From Chloroflexia bacterium (GTDB taxonomy: Bacteria > Chloroflexota > Chloroflexia > DTKN01): a DNA stretch of 64,000 nt. How positions within the stretch are numbered: position 1 is the stretch's first letter; each line of letters starts with the position of its first letter. Below are positions 27,252-39,914 of this stretch, one piece after another. The position numbers and the translations under genes are program-made. The notes under the pieces were generated by a model that saw only the letters and a program-made list of their open reading frames with translations, was not told the DNA's origin and made no database searches. Where the stretch lies: positions 2,722 to 66,721 of the forward strand of contig JBMFNL010000002.1 in NCBI GenBank assembly GCA_049970175.1, given 5' to 3'.

Positions 27252-28800
27252 GCAGATCGCCGATGCGCTGGAACGTTTCTGCGGCTTTTCTCCGGACCGG
27301 GCCGGGGCGCTGGCCACGGCCAACTTGGAATGCCTCCGCTCGCCCTGGTCCATTCCGGGGATGGAGGCGCTGGTCGAACGCCTGGTCCGGGCCTTACGGA
27401 GAGGGGAACCCCTGCTCCTCTTCGGCGATTTCGATACCGACGGCGTGACCGGCAGCGCCGTCCTCTTCCCCCTCCTGGCCGGACACGGCCGGCGCGTCCA
27501 CCGTTACAACCCCTCCTACCGGGAAGGCTACGGGCTGCACGTCGAGCAGGTAGAGCGCTTTGCCCGCCAGGGCATCGCCGTCATCCTGACCGTGGACTCG
27601 GGCATCTCCTCCCACGAGGCGGTGGAGCGGGCCCGGCAACTCGGCCTGGAGGTGCTCATCACCGACCATCACCTGTTGCGGCCGGACCTCGGCCCGCCGC
27701 CGACCCTCTGGGTGGATCCGCCGGACCACCTCCTTTCGGGGGCCCAACTGGCCTATCTCCTTTTCCTGGCCCTACGGGAGCGTCTGGAGGGGGTCGCGGG
27801 GCACGATTCCCGTGGGCTGGCCCTTTCCGCCCTGGGGGCCCAGATGGACTGGGTCCCGGTGGACGAACCGGAGACCCGGGCCTGGGTAGCCCGGGCCCAG
27901 GCGATCATCAACTCGGCCGATTGCCCCGGTGAGTTGCAGGTGCTTCGGGAGATGCTGGGGGAGCGGTACACGACCAGCGAGATGCGTTCCCTGTCCGGCG
28001 TGTTGAATATGGGGAAACGCTCCCACCTGGTGGAGCCGGGGAAGGTGGTGGAGGCGCTTCTTCCGGAGACTCCGGACGAGCGGCGCCGCCAGACCTTTCG
28101 TTTTCTCCTCCAGGAGCGGGCCCGCGTCCACCGGGTCAGTGAGGCGCTCCTGGCCCGGGCGATGGAGGACATCCGTGGGGAAAAGGGCCAGGGCTTGCTG
28201 ATCTACGAGGTCCAGGTCCCCGACGAGACGCTATCAGAGGTGGAGGGGCCTCTGACCGCCCGGCTGGTGGAGATGACCGGCCGGCCGGCGCTGGTATTGC
28301 GGCCGGCCGGCCCCCAGATCAACTTCTCCGGCCGGGCCCGGGGCGACTTTTCCTTCGAGTCGTTCCTGAGTGATCCGGAGATCCTCTCCCGGGTCATCTC
28401 CATGGGCGGGCATCGCCAGGCCATCGGCGGCTCCATCCGGCCCGAGGACCGACCGGGTTTCCTGGAGGCGGTGCAGCGCTGGAAGGAACGGTATCCGCCC
28501 TCGGAATCCGCCACGTCCCCGCTTCCTCCTCCGGCGCGCCTGGAAGGGCTGGACCCGGCCACCGCCTACCTCCTGGGCCGAGCCATCGGGCCTTTTGGTC
28601 ACCGTCTGCCCCCTCCGCGTTTCCTCACCACCTTGCAGGTGCGCGGCGGCTGGGCCTTTTCCGGCCATTTCCTGGTCGAAACCGACCGGCCGCTGGAGCC
28701 CGGGGAATGGGAGGTGATCTTTACCTTCGACGAGGCCGGCTGCGACGGGCAGAACATCGTCCTGCACCTTCTGGAGGCCGTACGGCGTCCCGGCCCATAG
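27229..28800 (+). CDS. DHH-family phosphoesterase, RecJ-like
   Basis: LLLFGDFDTDGVTGSAVL...ILTVDSG...ITDHH DHH motifs; DHHA1-like C-terminus. Confidence 0.6.
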   Translation: MEPRPSPEQIADALERFCGFSPDRAGALATANLECLRSPWSIPGMEALVERLVRALRRGEPLLLFGDFDTDGVTGSAVLFPLLAGHGRRVHRYNPSYREGYGLHVEQVERFARQGIAVILTVDSGISSHEAVERARQLGLEVLITDHHLLRPDLGPPPTLWVDPPDHLLSGAQLAYLLFLALRERLEGVAGHDSRGLALSALGAQMDWVPVDEPETRAWVARAQAIINSADCPGELQVLREMLGERYTTSEMRSLSGVLNMGKRSHLVEPGKVVEALLPETPDERRRQTFRFLLQERARVHRVSEALLARAMEDIRGEKGQGLLIYEVQVPDETLSEVEGPLTARLVEMTGRPALVLRPAGPQINFSGRARGDFSFESFLSDPEILSRVISMGGHRQAIGGSIRPEDRPGFLEAVQRWKERYPPSESATSPLPPPARLEGLDPATAYLLGRAIGPFGHRLPPPRFLTTLQVRGGWAFSGHFLVETDRPLEPGEWEVIFTFDEAGCDGQNIVLHLLEAVRRPGP

Positions 28801-28818
28801 GCCCGGCCGTCTTGCCCG

Positions 28819-30654
28819 TTAGAACAATCCCACCACCCGGCCCGTCTTCAGGTCGATATCCACATCCACAAAGGCCGGCCGGCTGGGAAGGCCGGGCATG
28901 GTCCGCATGGCCCCGCAGAGCGGGTAGAGGAAGCCGGCCCCCACACTGGCCCGGATATCCCGGACGGGCAGCCGCCAGCCCCGTGGGGCGCCCTTTATCT
29001 TCGGGTCATGGGTGAGGGAAAGGTGGGTCTTGGCCATGCACAGTGGCAGCCGGTCATAGCCCATGCGGGTGTAGAGTTCGATCTTGCGCTCGGCTTCCGG
29101 AAGATAGTCCACCCCATCGGCACCGTAGATCTCCCGGGCGATGATCTCGATCTTCTCCTTGATGGGGATGTCCAGCGGATAGAGGAAGTGGAAGCCGTTG
29201 GGCTGCTCGCAGGCCCGAACCACGGCCTCGGCCAGGGCGACACCGCCCGGACCGCCCTTGGCCCAGACCTCGCTGAGGACCACGTCAAAGGCTCCGGCCT
29301 GCATGGCGGCCTCGCGGACGGCCTCGATCTCCCGTTCGGTGTCGCTGGTGAAACGGTTGATGGCCACCACCACCGGCACACCGAACTTGCGCACGTTTTC
29401 CACGTGCTTGATCAGGTTGGGCAGGCCCTGGCAGAGGAGTTCGATGTTCTCCTCGGTATAGGCCGGGTGCAGAGGCCGGCCCGGGACGACCTCCGGCCCA
29501 CCGCCGTGCATCTTCAGGGCGCGGATGGAGCAGACCAGGACGACACAGTTCGGGATGAGGCCGGAATAGCGACACTTGATGTTGAAGAACTTTTCCATCC
29601 CGCAGTCGGCGCCGAAGCCGGATTCGGTGACCACATAGCCGTCCGGCCCCACCAGTTTGAGGGCGATCTGGTCGGCGATGATAGAGGAGTTGCCATGGGC
29701 AATGTTGGCAAAGGGGCCGGCGTGGACAAAGGCCGGCGTGCCCTCCAGCGTTTGCATCAGGTTGGGCATCAGGGCATCCTTCATCAGGACGGTCATGGCC
29801 CCGGCCACCCGGAGGTCCTCGGCCGTGAGCGGGCGTCCGTCTTTGGAAAAGCCCCAGACGATGCGGCCCAGCCGCTCCCGGAGGTCGGCGAGCCCCCGAT
29901 AGCCGTCCACCAGGGCCAGGATGGCCATGATCTCCGAGGCCACGGTGATGTCATAGCCGCCCAGGCGGGGGACGCCGTCGGTGCTTTCGGGCAACTGGGC
30001 CACGACCTCCCGCAGCGTACTCCCGGCGGGGAGCGGGGCATCGGCCTGGCCGGCCTTCAGCCCGATGACGATGTTGCGGAGCGCCCGGTCGCTCACGTCC
30101 ACCACCCGGTTCCAGAGGATGGAATCGGGATCGATGTTCAGGCGGGGAATCTCCGGGCAGAAGCGGGCCAGTTGCTCGTCGGTGAGTTCCCGTTCGTGGA
30201 GGATGCGGGCGTCAATGGCCGCCGCCAGGAGGTTATGGGCCACGCCCACGGCATGGATATCGCCGGTGAGGTGGAGGTTGAAATCCTCCATCGGCACGAC
30301 CTGGGAGTAGCCGCCGCCGGCCGCCCCGCCTTTGATGCCAAAGGTCGGTCCCATCGAGGGCTGGCGGATGCAGGTAAAGACCTTCTTGCCGATGTAGCCC
30401 AGGGCCTGGCTGAGGCCGATGGTGGTCACCGTCTTGCCCTCGCCCAGCGGCGTCGGGGTGATGGCGGTGACGTCCACATATTTGCCGTCGGGCCGGCCGG
30501 CCAGCCGCTGCAGGACGTCCAGGTGGACTTTGGCCTTGTAGCGGCCGTACAGGTCCAGGTCGTCCTCCGTCAGGCCGACGGAGGCGGCGATCTCGATGAT
30601 CGGCTTCAGTTTGGCGGCCTGGGCGATCTCCAGATCGCTGGGAATGGTGGCCAT
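28819..30654 (-). CDS. fhs: formate--tetrahydrofolate ligase
   Basis: [16 protein letters not shown] and full-length FTHFS similarity (611 aa). Confidence 0.9.
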   Translation of the reverse strand: MATIPSDLEIAQAAKLKPIIEIAASVGLTEDDLDLYGRYKAKVHLDVLQRLAGRPDGKYVDVTAITPTPLGEGKTVTTIGLSQALGYIGKKVFTCIRQPSMGPTFGIKGGAAGGGYSQVVPMEDFNLHLTGDIHAVGVAHNLLAAAIDARILHERELTDEQLARFCPEIPRLNIDPDSILWNRVVDVSDRALRNIVIGLKAGQADAPLPAGSTLREVVAQLPESTDGVPRLGGYDITVASEIMAILALVDGYRGLADLRERLGRIVWGFSKDGRPLTAEDLRVAGAMTVLMKDALMPNLMQTLEGTPAFVHAGPFANIAHGNSSIIADQIALKLVGPDGYVVTESGFGADCGMEKFFNIKCRYSGLIPNCVVLVCSIRALKMHGGGPEVVPGRPLHPAYTEENIELLCQGLPNLIKHVENVRKFGVPVVVAINRFTSDTEREIEAVREAAMQAGAFDVVLSEVWAKGGPGGVALAEAVVRACEQPNGFHFLYPLDIPIKEKIEIIAREIYGADGVDYLPEAERKIELYTRMGYDRLPLCMAKTHLSLTHDPKIKGAPRGWRLPVRDIRASVGAGFLYPLCGAMRTMPGLPSRPAFVDVDIDLKTGRVVGLF

Positions 30655-30738
30655 GGCTTCTCTCCTTTTTCTCGCTCAAACGGGCTTCCGGACACAGGTG
30701 GTGTCTATTTTACCACATTGTGCCTGGAAGTGCAAACA

Positions 30739-31245
30739 TCATTGTCCGCAATAGGGGCAGACCGTCCAGGTCAGGTCCATCAGCCGGCCGCAGGCCGGAC
30801 ACTTTTTTCGGAGCGGGGTGTGACAGTAGGGGCAGAGGAGAAAATCCACCTCCACCCCTCGCTGACAGGTGGGACAGACGGGGCGCTCCTCGATGTCCTG
30901 CATGATGTATTCCCGCTCCAGGGCGCGGGCATAGCCCTCGGCCAGGGTCTCCCGGGGGCGAAAAAGGAGGTAGAGCCAGTAGCCCGGCAGGAAGAGGAGG
31001 AGCACCAGCAGGGTGGCGAGGAGTTGCGCCGGCAGACTCTCGCTGCGGGCGCGGATGTCCTGGTAGGTCCAAACCACCAGGCCCAGCCAGACGACGGCTA
31101 GGTAGACGCCCAGGACGTAGCCGACGATCTCCAGAATGGGCAACGTCCGGACCAGAAACGCCTGAACGGTTTCCAGCGGGCCGGTCGGCGTGATCGTCGC
31201 CGTGCCGGTAACGGTTTGTGCCAGATGCAGACTCCAGGGATCCAT
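30739..31245 (-). CDS. membrane protein with C-terminal double zinc ribbon, hypothetical
   Basis: Two TM helices; CPTCQ...CPYC...CPAC...CPYC. Confidence 0.4.
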   Translation of the reverse strand: MDPWSLHLAQTVTGTATITPTGPLETVQAFLVRTLPILEIVGYVLGVYLAVVWLGLVVWTYQDIRARSESLPAQLLATLLVLLLFLPGYWLYLLFRPRETLAEGYARALEREYIMQDIEERPVCPTCQRGVEVDFLLCPYCHTPLRKKCPACGRLMDLTWTVCPYCGQ

Positions 31246-31273
31246 GAAAAAGAGCCTCCTTGGTCGCGGGATT

Positions 31274-31602
31274 TCAGGCCAGACGCCGCCATTCCTCGAT
31301 CGGCAGGATGAAGACGTGCGCGCCGCCGACCTGCACCTCCACCGGGGCCGGGGGAAAGAGTCCGCCGGTTTCCAGGAGTGGGGAGACCGGGCTCAGGTAG
31401 CGGGTGCGGGTGTGGCAATGCGTTCGGATCACCTCCAGGGCCTTTTCGACGGCTCCCTCGTCCACGGCGATGAGCAGGGTATCGTTGGCCTCCATGAGGA
31501 AGCCGCCGACGCTGGCGATATGGGTGAAGTTGAAGCCGGCCTCCGCCAAGGCCCGGCTCAGGTCCTCCAGGTCTCGCCGCTGGATGATGACGATGAGGAG
31601 TT

Positions 31603-31612
<10 letters not shown>
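31274..31612 (-). CDS. darA: cyclic-di-AMP receptor DarA (YaaQ/DUF970, PII-like)
   Basis: Aligns along its length with B. subtilis YaaQ as recalled from memory (LIVAIVQ..D...L...GF..T.IASTGGFL...NTT.LIGVED...ALE.I...SPVSP...PV.VEV.VGGA.VFVLPV). Confidence 0.6.
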
Positions 31613-33275
<1,663 letters not shown>

Positions 33276-33279
<4 letters not shown>

Positions 33280-34226
33280 ATCTTCCCCAAAGACGGCGTA
33301 CTCGGCGCCGCTCCCAGGGGCGCCCCGGCCCGGCGGCCGGGGAGCGCCTGACGCTGTTCCACCCGCACGGCCAGGCTTCTGGCCAGGAGGACCTGTTCAC
33401 CATAGGGCCGAAAGCCCAGGCGGCGGGCCACTTCCAGAAGTTCGCCCTGGTAGGAGCGCAGAACCAGGTATACGGGGGACGAGGCCCTCTTCAACCCCCA
33501 GGCGAGCACGGCAAGGGAGTGCTGACGGAAGGCCGGCTCCAGGAGCACTTCCAGGCGCGTGCCCCGGCCCCCCCGTTCGCAGCGCAGGTAGGCCCGGACG
33601 CGGTCCTGTTCCGGCCAGACCCAGGCCTCCTCCCCCGGCCCAACCTGCCAGAAGGCCGGCTCGCGGGGCTCCACCTGCTGGACAATGGGCGGGGTGAGGC
33701 CGGCATACAGCCCCTGCACCGCGGCCAACGCGCCGGCCTGGAGCGGCTGCGGCTCCGGCCAGGTGGCAACCTCCGGCCGGCCGTTTCCCTCCCAGAGCAG
33801 GATCATCTCCTGGGCAAAGGGGGCGAAGCCGGCCCGCTGAAAGAGTTCCAGGTGCTCCTCTTCCGGCAGGCGGGCCAGGATCCGCATTTGCCCCCGCCGG
33901 CCGGCCTCCACCCCCAGGCTGCGCAGGAGTTCCTCCCAGGGATCGCAGGCTTCCTCCCCGGTGGCCCACGACCCCAGGTAGCCGACCTCCCAGGTCCCCC
34001 TCTGCCGGCTCTCCCGGGCCTGGGCACAGGCCAGAAGTTTTCCGCCCTGTCGGCAGAGCAGGGTGCAGGAAGGCTTCCCCAAGTGCAGGAAGGAGGTGAG
34101 CAGGCCACGCCAGGGATGGTACGGAAAGACCAGGTGCTGCACCAGGTCCAGGTGCAGGGATACCTGGGGGGGCATGCCCAGCGACACCAGGTCCAGCAAG
34201 GTGGCCGGCCGGATCTGCCGTTCCAT
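33276..34226 (-). CDS. hypothetical protein (316 aa), translationally coupled (ATGA overlap) to the R3H ATPase gene
   Basis: ORF with high GC3; no motif recognised. Confidence 0.35.
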
Positions 34227-34232
34227 CTCCTC

Positions 34233-34808
34233 CTACCCGGTCATCTCCAGGAAATAGCGATGAAAGCGCTCATCCTCGGTCAGTTCGGGGTGAAAGGCGG
34301 TCCCCAAGAGCCGGCCCTGCTGGACCGCCACCACCCGTCCGTCCTCCAGGCGGGCCAGGACCTCCACCTGCGGCCCCCATTCCTGGACGTAGGGGGCCCG
34401 GATAAAGACGCCCCGGAAGGGCGGAGGGCCCAGCCGTTCCACCTCCAGGTCGGCCTCGAAACTGTCCCGCTGCCGGCCAAAGCCGTTGCGCACCACGACG
34501 ACGTCGAGCAGGCCCAGGAGGGGCTGGTCGGGGACGCCGCCCAGGGCGGTGCGGGCCAGCAGGATCAGCCCGGCACAGGTGCCCCAGATCGGTTTCCCAT
34601 CCCGGGCCAGGGTGCGGATGGCCTCGTCCAGGCGGTAGGCCACCGCCAGTTTGCCGATGGTGGTGCTTTCCCCGCCGGGAAGGATCAACCCGTCCACCCC
34701 CTCCAGATGCCCCGGCAGGCGAACCTCCCGCGTCTCCACCCCGAGGCGGTGGAGCATGGCGATGTGCTCCTGAAAATCGCCCTGCAGGGCCAGGACTCCG
34801 ATGCGCAT
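34233..34808 (-). CDS. pdxT: pyridoxal 5'-phosphate synthase glutaminase subunit
   Basis: [15 protein letters not shown]...GTCAG...FHPE. Confidence 0.85.
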   Translation of the reverse strand: MRIGVLALQGDFQEHIAMLHRLGVETREVRLPGHLEGVDGLILPGGESTTIGKLAVAYRLDEAIRTLARDGKPIWGTCAGLILLARTALGGVPDQPLLGLLDVVVVRNGFGRQRDSFEADLEVERLGPPPFRGVFIRAPYVQEWGPQVEVLARLEDGRVVAVQQGRLLGTAFHPELTEDERFHRYFLEMTG

Positions 34809-34828
34809 ACACGCCCCTCCGCTCCGTC

Positions 34829-35713
34829 CTACCAGCCCCGGCCGGCCAGCCGCTCGGCGGCCGGAATGGCGGCGATCTCCAAACCGGGCATGGCCTCGCC
34901 CAACCCCCGGGAAACCTCGGCGATGATGGCCGGGTCGCGGAAGTGGGTGGTGGCGGCGACGATGGCCTTGGCCCGGCGGAAGGGGTCGCTGCTCTTGAAG
35001 ATGCCTGACCCCACAAAGACGCCGTCCATGCCGAGTTGCATCATCAGGGCCGCGTCGGCCGGTGTGGCGATGCCGCCGGCGGCAAAGTTGACCACGGGCA
35101 GCCGGCCGGTGCGGGCCACTTCGACCACCAGTTCGTAGGGGGCCCCCATTTCCTTGGCCGCGTGCATCAGTTCCTCGGGGGCCATGCTCTGCAGCCGGCG
35201 AATCTCGCCCAGCACGGCCCGGGCGTGGCGCACCGCCTCAACGATGTTGCCGGTGCCGGCCTCGCCCTTGGTGCGAATCATGGCCGCCCCCTCGGCGATG
35301 CGGCGCAGGGCCTCCCCCAGGTTGCGGCAGCCGCAGACAAAGGGTACCCGGAAGGCGTGTTTATCAATGTGGTGCTCTTCATCGGCCGGGGTGAGGACCT
35401 CGCTTTCGTCGATGTAATCCACCCCCAGCGCCTCCAGCACCTGAGCCTCGACGAAGTGGCCGATGCGGCATTTGGCCATCACCGGGATGCTCACGGCGTC
35501 CATAATCTTCAGGATGAGTTCGGGGTCGCTCATGCGGGCCACGCCGCCGTGGGCCCGGATGTCGGCCGGCACCCGCTCCAGGGCCATCACGGCCACCGCG
35601 CCGGCCTCTTCGGCGATTCGGGCGTGCTCCGGAGTGACCACGTCCATGATCACGCCCCCCTTGAGCATCTGGGCCAGACCGACCTTGGTCCTCCAGGTCG
35701 CCTTTTCCATCAT
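34829..35713 (-). CDS. pdxS: pyridoxal 5'-phosphate synthase lyase subunit
   Basis: [10 protein letters not shown]...AKCRIGH...GEAGTGN PdxS signature. Confidence 0.9.
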   Translation of the reverse strand: MMEKATWRTKVGLAQMLKGGVIMDVVTPEHARIAEEAGAVAVMALERVPADIRAHGGVARMSDPELILKIMDAVSIPVMAKCRIGHFVEAQVLEALGVDYIDESEVLTPADEEHHIDKHAFRVPFVCGCRNLGEALRRIAEGAAMIRTKGEAGTGNIVEAVRHARAVLGEIRRLQSMAPEELMHAAKEMGAPYELVVEVARTGRLPVVNFAAGGIATPADAALMMQLGMDGVFVGSGIFKSSDPFRRAKAIVAATTHFRDPAIIAEVSRGLGEAMPGLEIAAIPAAERLAGRGW

Positions 35714-35827
35714 CGTTCACCTCCTCGCGCACCGTTGCGCCCAACCTGGATGACATCCCTGTCCATCACATCGTCCGACCCGGGCGACAGGGGCGAAGGA
35801 CGGCCCTGTCCCCGTGGGCTTTTTCTT

Positions 35828-35886
35828 ATTGTACTACACCCTGCCCCGACCTGCAACTTGAAGTCAGGTCGGCCCTGTGTTACAAT
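35828..35886. promoter_or_regulatory. divergent promoters: minus TTGCAG-N17-TACAAT (pdxST) and plus TTGAAG-N17-TACAAT (tsaE), with inverted repeat CCGACCTG-N11-CAGGTCGG between the -35 boxes
   Basis: Hexamers and inverted repeat read directly; the GTAGTACAATAAGAA -10 context matches the dnaX promoter. Confidence 0.4.
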
Positions 35887-35921
35887 ACGGAAAGCGATCG
35901 GCACAGCAGGGGTGACGGGCC

Positions 35922-36437
35922 ATGGACTTGCCGGAAACGGTGGGGCCGCATGGGTTGGATTTCGTCAGCCACGGCGCGGCCCAGACCTACCGTCTGGGGG
36001 TGCGGCTGGGCCGGTTGCTGCGCTCGGGCGACCTGCTCCTGTGCATGGGCGAGTTCGGAGCGGGGAAGACGACCCTCATTCAGGGCCTGGCGGCGGGCCT
36101 GGGGGTGAACGGGCCGGTCACCAGCCCCAGTTTTACCCTGATCTGGGAATACCGGGCCGGCCCGGAGTTCGGCGGCGTGCCGTTTTACCACATTGACCTC
36201 TACCGAGTGCGCAGCGCGGAGGAAGCCCTGGCGCTGGGCCTGGAGGACTATTTCTCCGGGGGAGGCATCTGTGCCGTGGAGTGGGCCGACCGGGTGCCGG
36301 AGATCTTTCCGGAGGAGCATCTCTGGATTCGCCTGAGCCTGCTCAGCGAGACGAAGCGGGTGGTTCGGATGGAGCCGGCCGGCCGGCGCTACATCGTCCT
36401 CCTGGAGGAATTCAAACGCAGCGCCTTCGGCCGGTAG
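35922..36437 (+). CDS. tsaE: tRNA threonylcarbamoyladenosine biosynthesis protein TsaE
   Basis: GEFGAGKTT P-loop; YgjD partner family. Confidence 0.75.
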   Translation: MDLPETVGPHGLDFVSHGAAQTYRLGVRLGRLLRSGDLLLCMGEFGAGKTTLIQGLAAGLGVNGPVTSPSFTLIWEYRAGPEFGGVPFYHIDLYRVRSAEEALALGLEDYFSGGGICAVEWADRVPEIFPEEHLWIRLSLLSETKRVVRMEPAGRRYIVLLEEFKRSAFGR

Positions 36438-36459
36438 ACGGTGGAACGGCGGGACGCCG

Positions 36460-37161
36460 ATGATTCTGGCCATAGATACCTCGACCGCCAACGCCGGTGT
36501 GGCGCTCTATGGGGAGGCCGGGCTGCTGGGCGAAGTGACCTGGCAGGTCGGAGAAGCGGCCACCGCCCAGGTCCTGCCCGTCGTTCGGCAACTGTTCCAC
36601 TGGTTGGGCAAGAAGCCGACCGACCTGAGCGGCATTGCCGTGGCGCTGGGGCCGGGTTCGTTCAACGGGCTGCGGGTCGGGCTGAGCCTGGGGAAAGGGC
36701 TGGCCCGGGCCCTGGGCCGGCCCATCGTCGGCCTGCCCACGCCGGAGGTCGCGGCCTATCCCTTCTCCTCCCTGGTGTTGCCGGTCTGCGTGCTCCTCAA
36801 GGCCGGACGGGGCCGGGTCGTGAGCGCCCTCTTCCAGACCCGCTACGGCCGCTGGCAGCGGCTGGGGGACTTTGCCAATACCACCCTGGAGGAGGTCTGC
36901 CGGCAGACGGAACGCACCACCGTCTTCTGCGGCGAGATCGATGCCGACATGGCCGCCTACCTCCACGAACACCTGGGGCAGCGGGCGCTGGTGGCCACGC
37001 CGGCCCTCTCGGCCCGCCGGGCCGGATACCTGGCCGAGATGGCCTGGAAGCGGCTGCAGGAGTCCCCCGAGGGGGATGACCCGACCTCCCTGCAGCCGCT
37101 CTACCTCTCCCGTCCACGCCTGGGGGCACCGTTTTCATCTTCTATGGAGGAAACGCCGTGA
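36460..37161 (+). CDS. tsaB: tRNA t6A biosynthesis protein TsaB
   Basis: MILAIDTSTANAGVAL...GPGSFNGLRVG. Confidence 0.75.
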   Translation: MILAIDTSTANAGVALYGEAGLLGEVTWQVGEAATAQVLPVVRQLFHWLGKKPTDLSGIAVALGPGSFNGLRVGLSLGKGLARALGRPIVGLPTPEVAAYPFSSLVLPVCVLLKAGRGRVVSALFQTRYGRWQRLGDFANTTLEEVCRQTERTTVFCGEIDADMAAYLHEHLGQRALVATPALSARRAGYLAEMAWKRLQESPEGDDPTSLQPLYLSRPRLGAPFSSSMEETP

Positions 37162-37874
37162 GCGCCCTGGCCCGTTTTGAGGAGTTTGTCGAGGACCTGC
37201 TGGAGGGCTCGCTTTCGCAACTCCTGCGCAGCCCGGTGCAGCCGGTAGAGATCGCCAAGCGGCTGGAGCGGGCCATGGAACTGGGCCAGCGGGCCGGCGC
37301 GGGCAAGGTTCTGGTCCCTACCCGCTACGCCGTCTTCCTCCATCCCGACGATTTCGCGGCTCTCTCCCCGGCCCGGAGCGCCCTGGAACGCGAACTGGCC
37401 CGTTTCCTCGTGGAACAGGCCCGCGAACGCGGCTTTGCGTTGATCGCCCGTCCCCGCGTCTCGCTGGAGGCCAGGCCGGGCGTGCGCCGCCACAAGGTGC
37501 TGGTCCAGGCCGAGTTCGCCGACAGCGGCGAGGAGGAGACGGCCGAACTCGACCTGACCCCGGCCCAGGCCCGGGAGCGGTTACCCCAGGCCCGTCTCCT
37601 CTACCGCGACCCGGCCGGCCGGCCCTGCGAGGTGATTCTGGACCGGCCCGAGGTCACCCTGGGCCGGGCCCGCGATAACGACGTGATTCTGGACGATCCC
37701 CGCGTCTCTCGCCACCACGCCCGTATCATCCTGCGCTACGGCCAGTTCGTCCTCCAGGACCTGGGCAGCACCTACGGCACCCAGGTCAATGGCGAACCCA
37801 TCCAGGATTGCCTCCTCCGCCCCGGCGACTGCCTCTCCCTGGGCGGAATGGAACTGTACTACCAGGAGTACTGA
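37158..37874 (+). CDS. FhaA-like protein (DUF3662 N-terminal domain plus C-terminal FHA domain)
   Basis: GTG start overlaps the tsaB stop (GTGA); C-terminal LGRARDNDVILDDPRVSRHHARI...GSTYGTQVNGEPI FHA motif. Confidence 0.6.
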   Translation: MSALARFEEFVEDLLEGSLSQLLRSPVQPVEIAKRLERAMELGQRAGAGKVLVPTRYAVFLHPDDFAALSPARSALERELARFLVEQARERGFALIARPRVSLEARPGVRRHKVLVQAEFADSGEEETAELDLTPAQARERLPQARLLYRDPAGRPCEVILDRPEVTLGRARDNDVILDDPRVSRHHARIILRYGQFVLQDLGSTYGTQVNGEPIQDCLLRPGDCLSLGGMELYYQEY

Positions 37875-37875
37875 G

Positions 37876-38325
37876 ATGCCCTCCTCCTGGCCGCTGGAGA
37901 TGCAGTTGCTCCTGCTACGCGGCAGCGTCTTTCTGGTGCTGTACCTTTTTGTGGCCCTGGTCCTGCTGGTGATGGCCGGGGACCTGCGGCAGGCCGCCCG
38001 GGAACCTCGCCCGGCTCGCCGCTCCGCCCTGGGGCAAATCGTGCTGGTCGACCCCGGCCCCACCGGTCTGGAGGCCGGGAAGACCTTTCCCCTGGCGGCG
38101 GTCTCTTCCATCGGCCGTTCCCTGCGCAACACCATCTCCCTGGATGACGAGTTCCTCTCGGCGGAACACGCCCTCCTCTCCTGGCGGGAGGGCACGTGGT
38201 GGATCGAGGACCTGGGCAGCAAGAACGGCACCCTGGTGAACGGGGTGCGCATCTCGCGCCCGGTGCCGATCGCACCGGGGGACCTGATCGAGGTCGGCCG
38301 GGTCGCCCTGCGGCTGGAGGTCTAG
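37876..38325 (+). CDS. FhaB-like membrane FHA-domain protein
   Basis: N-terminal TM helix; IGRS..NTISLDD.FLSAEHALLSW...GSKNGTLVNG FHA domain. Confidence 0.55.
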   Translation: MPSSWPLEMQLLLLRGSVFLVLYLFVALVLLVMAGDLRQAAREPRPARRSALGQIVLVDPGPTGLEAGKTFPLAAVSSIGRSLRNTISLDDEFLSAEHALLSWREGTWWIEDLGSKNGTLVNGVRISRPVPIAPGDLIEVGRVALRLEV

Positions 38326-38415
38326 ATGCTTCCGGCCGGCGGCCGGTTCAACCGATTTGACACCGGCCCGGGTTGCGGGTATACTGCCCGCACGTGAGAA
38401 CCTTGGGGGTCGCGT

Positions 38416-38748
38416 ATGGCGGAAGAATTGGGCAGCATTCGCGTTTCCCCGCAGGTGGTGGCGGCGATCATCGCCCTGTCCGCCGCCGGCGTGCCCGGCG
38501 TGGCCTGCCTGAACGCCTGCGGTCGGCAGCAGCGGCCATTGCGCTCGGCGGAGGAACTCGGCCAGGCGGTCCGCCTGAACGTCCAGGGCGATGCCGTGCA
38601 GGCCGACATCTACCTGACGGTCGAGCGGGGCGTCAACATGACCCAGGTGGGCCTGGCCGTCCAGCAGGAGGTCGGCGAGGCCATCCGGCGTATGCTGGGG
38701 CTGGATGTGCGGGCGATCAACGTTTACATCGTGGATATGGTGAGGTAA
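38416..38748 (+). CDS. Asp23/Gls24 family alkaline-shock protein
   Basis: [12 protein letters not shown]...VNVYIVDM; asp23-nusB synteny as in Bacillus. Confidence 0.7.
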   Translation: MAEELGSIRVSPQVVAAIIALSAAGVPGVACLNACGRQQRPLRSAEELGQAVRLNVQGDAVQADIYLTVERGVNMTQVGLAVQQEVGEAIRRMLGLDVRAINVYIVDMVR

Positions 38749-38752
38749 GCAC

Positions 38753-39232
38753 TTGGCCGGTGTACGGCATCGGGTTCGCATCGTCGTCCTGCAGACGCTT
38801 TTCGAGGCCGACCTTGCCGGACACGATCCTCGGGAGGTGCTGCAGCGCCATCTCGAGGAACGCCGTTTTCCCCCTCCGGCCGAAGCGTTCGGCCGGCAGT
38901 TGCTGGAAAAGGTGCTGCAACACGGTCCGGAGATCGACCGGCTGATCGTCCAGGCGGCCCCCAACTGGCCGCTGGAGCAGATGGCCCGAATCGATGTCAA
39001 CATCCTGCGGATGGCGATCGCCGAACTGCTGTTTTCCGGCGATGCCCATGTCCCGATCAAGGCCGCCATCAACGAAGCGGTGGAACTGGCCAAGCGCTTT
39101 GGCAGCGACAGTTCGCGGCGCTTTGTCAACGGCGTCCTGGGCACGGTGGTGAAGACGGCAGGAGCGTCATCGCCGGCCGGGAGATCCGCTCGTTCGGACG
39201 CCACGCGGAAAAAAGGAGGAGAATCATGCTGA
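38753..39232 (+). CDS. nusB: transcription antitermination factor NusB
   Basis: [12 protein letters not shown]...[23 protein letters not shown]...KFVNGVL; non-ATG (TTG) start, uncertain. Confidence 0.75.
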   Translation: MAGVRHRVRIVVLQTLFEADLAGHDPREVLQRHLEERRFPPPAEAFGRQLLEKVLQHGPEIDRLIVQAAPNWPLEQMARIDVNILRMAIAELLFSGDAHVPIKAAINEAVELAKRFGSDSSRRFVNGVLGTVVKTAGASSPAGRSARSDATRKKGGESC

Positions 39233-39468
39233 CGGAAGAGCAGTTGCTGCGTCTGCGCAAGATCGTGGCAGACCGCCTGGGCGTGGACGAGTCCCAGATC
39301 GTGCCGGAGGCCTCCTTTGTGGAGGACCTGAACGCCGACTCGCTGGACCTGGTCGAACTGATCATGGCGCTGGAGGAAGAATTCGGCCTCCAGATTCCGG
39401 ATGAGGATGCGGAAAAGATTCGCACCGTAGGGGATGCGATCGCCTACCTAGAGGATCGCCTGGAGTAG
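39226..39468 (+). CDS. acpP: acyl carrier protein
   Basis: [21 protein letters not shown] phosphopantetheine-attachment motif. Confidence 0.85.
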   Translation: MLTEEQLLRLRKIVADRLGVDESQIVPEASFVEDLNADSLDLVELIMALEEEFGLQIPDEDAEKIRTVGDAIAYLEDRLE

Positions 39469-39647
39469 GGGCCCGGGGTGCGGGGGCGGCCCCGCCGGGA
39501 TGCCTGCGGTCCGGTAGGCGGGACAACGCCCCGGCCCTGGAATCCAGGGGGCCGGCCGGCGCTGGTGGGGCGGGGTGGGCAGGTATAGGCCCTTCCCGTG
39601 GGGCAGGGGGAACCACCGTCTTCGGGGCGGCGGAGGAGAGGCCGGGG

Positions 39648-39914
39648 ATGCCGGTCGAACTGCTGCACATCGGCTTCGGGAATATGGTGGTGGCCCGGCG
39701 CGTCGTGGCCGTCCTGGCCCCCGATTCGCTGCCGGTTCGCCGCCTGATTCGGGAGGCCCGCGAGCGCGGGGCGTTGCTGGATGCCAGCCGGGGCCGCAAG
39801 GTCCGGTCGGCCCTGGTGCTGGACAACGGCACCGTGGTCACCTCGGCCCTGCACCCCAGCACGATCGCCCGCCGGCTGGGGGCAGAAGAAGGGGAAAGGG
39901 ATGCAGGTGCCTGA
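39648..39914 (+). CDS. remA: DUF370 protein, RemA/YlzA-like biofilm regulator
   Basis: LLHIGFGNMVVARRVVAVL...LIREARERGALLDASRGRKVRSALVLDNG; remA-gmk synteny. Confidence 0.65.
   Translation: MPVELLHIGFGNMVVARRVVAVLAPDSLPVRRLIREARERGALLDASRGRKVRSALVLDNGTVVTSALHPSTIARRLGAEEGERDAGA

Noticed and set aside
39469-39560. Rho-independent terminator after acpP (GGCGG-CC-CCGCC)
   Set aside because: The stem is short and no U-tract follows.
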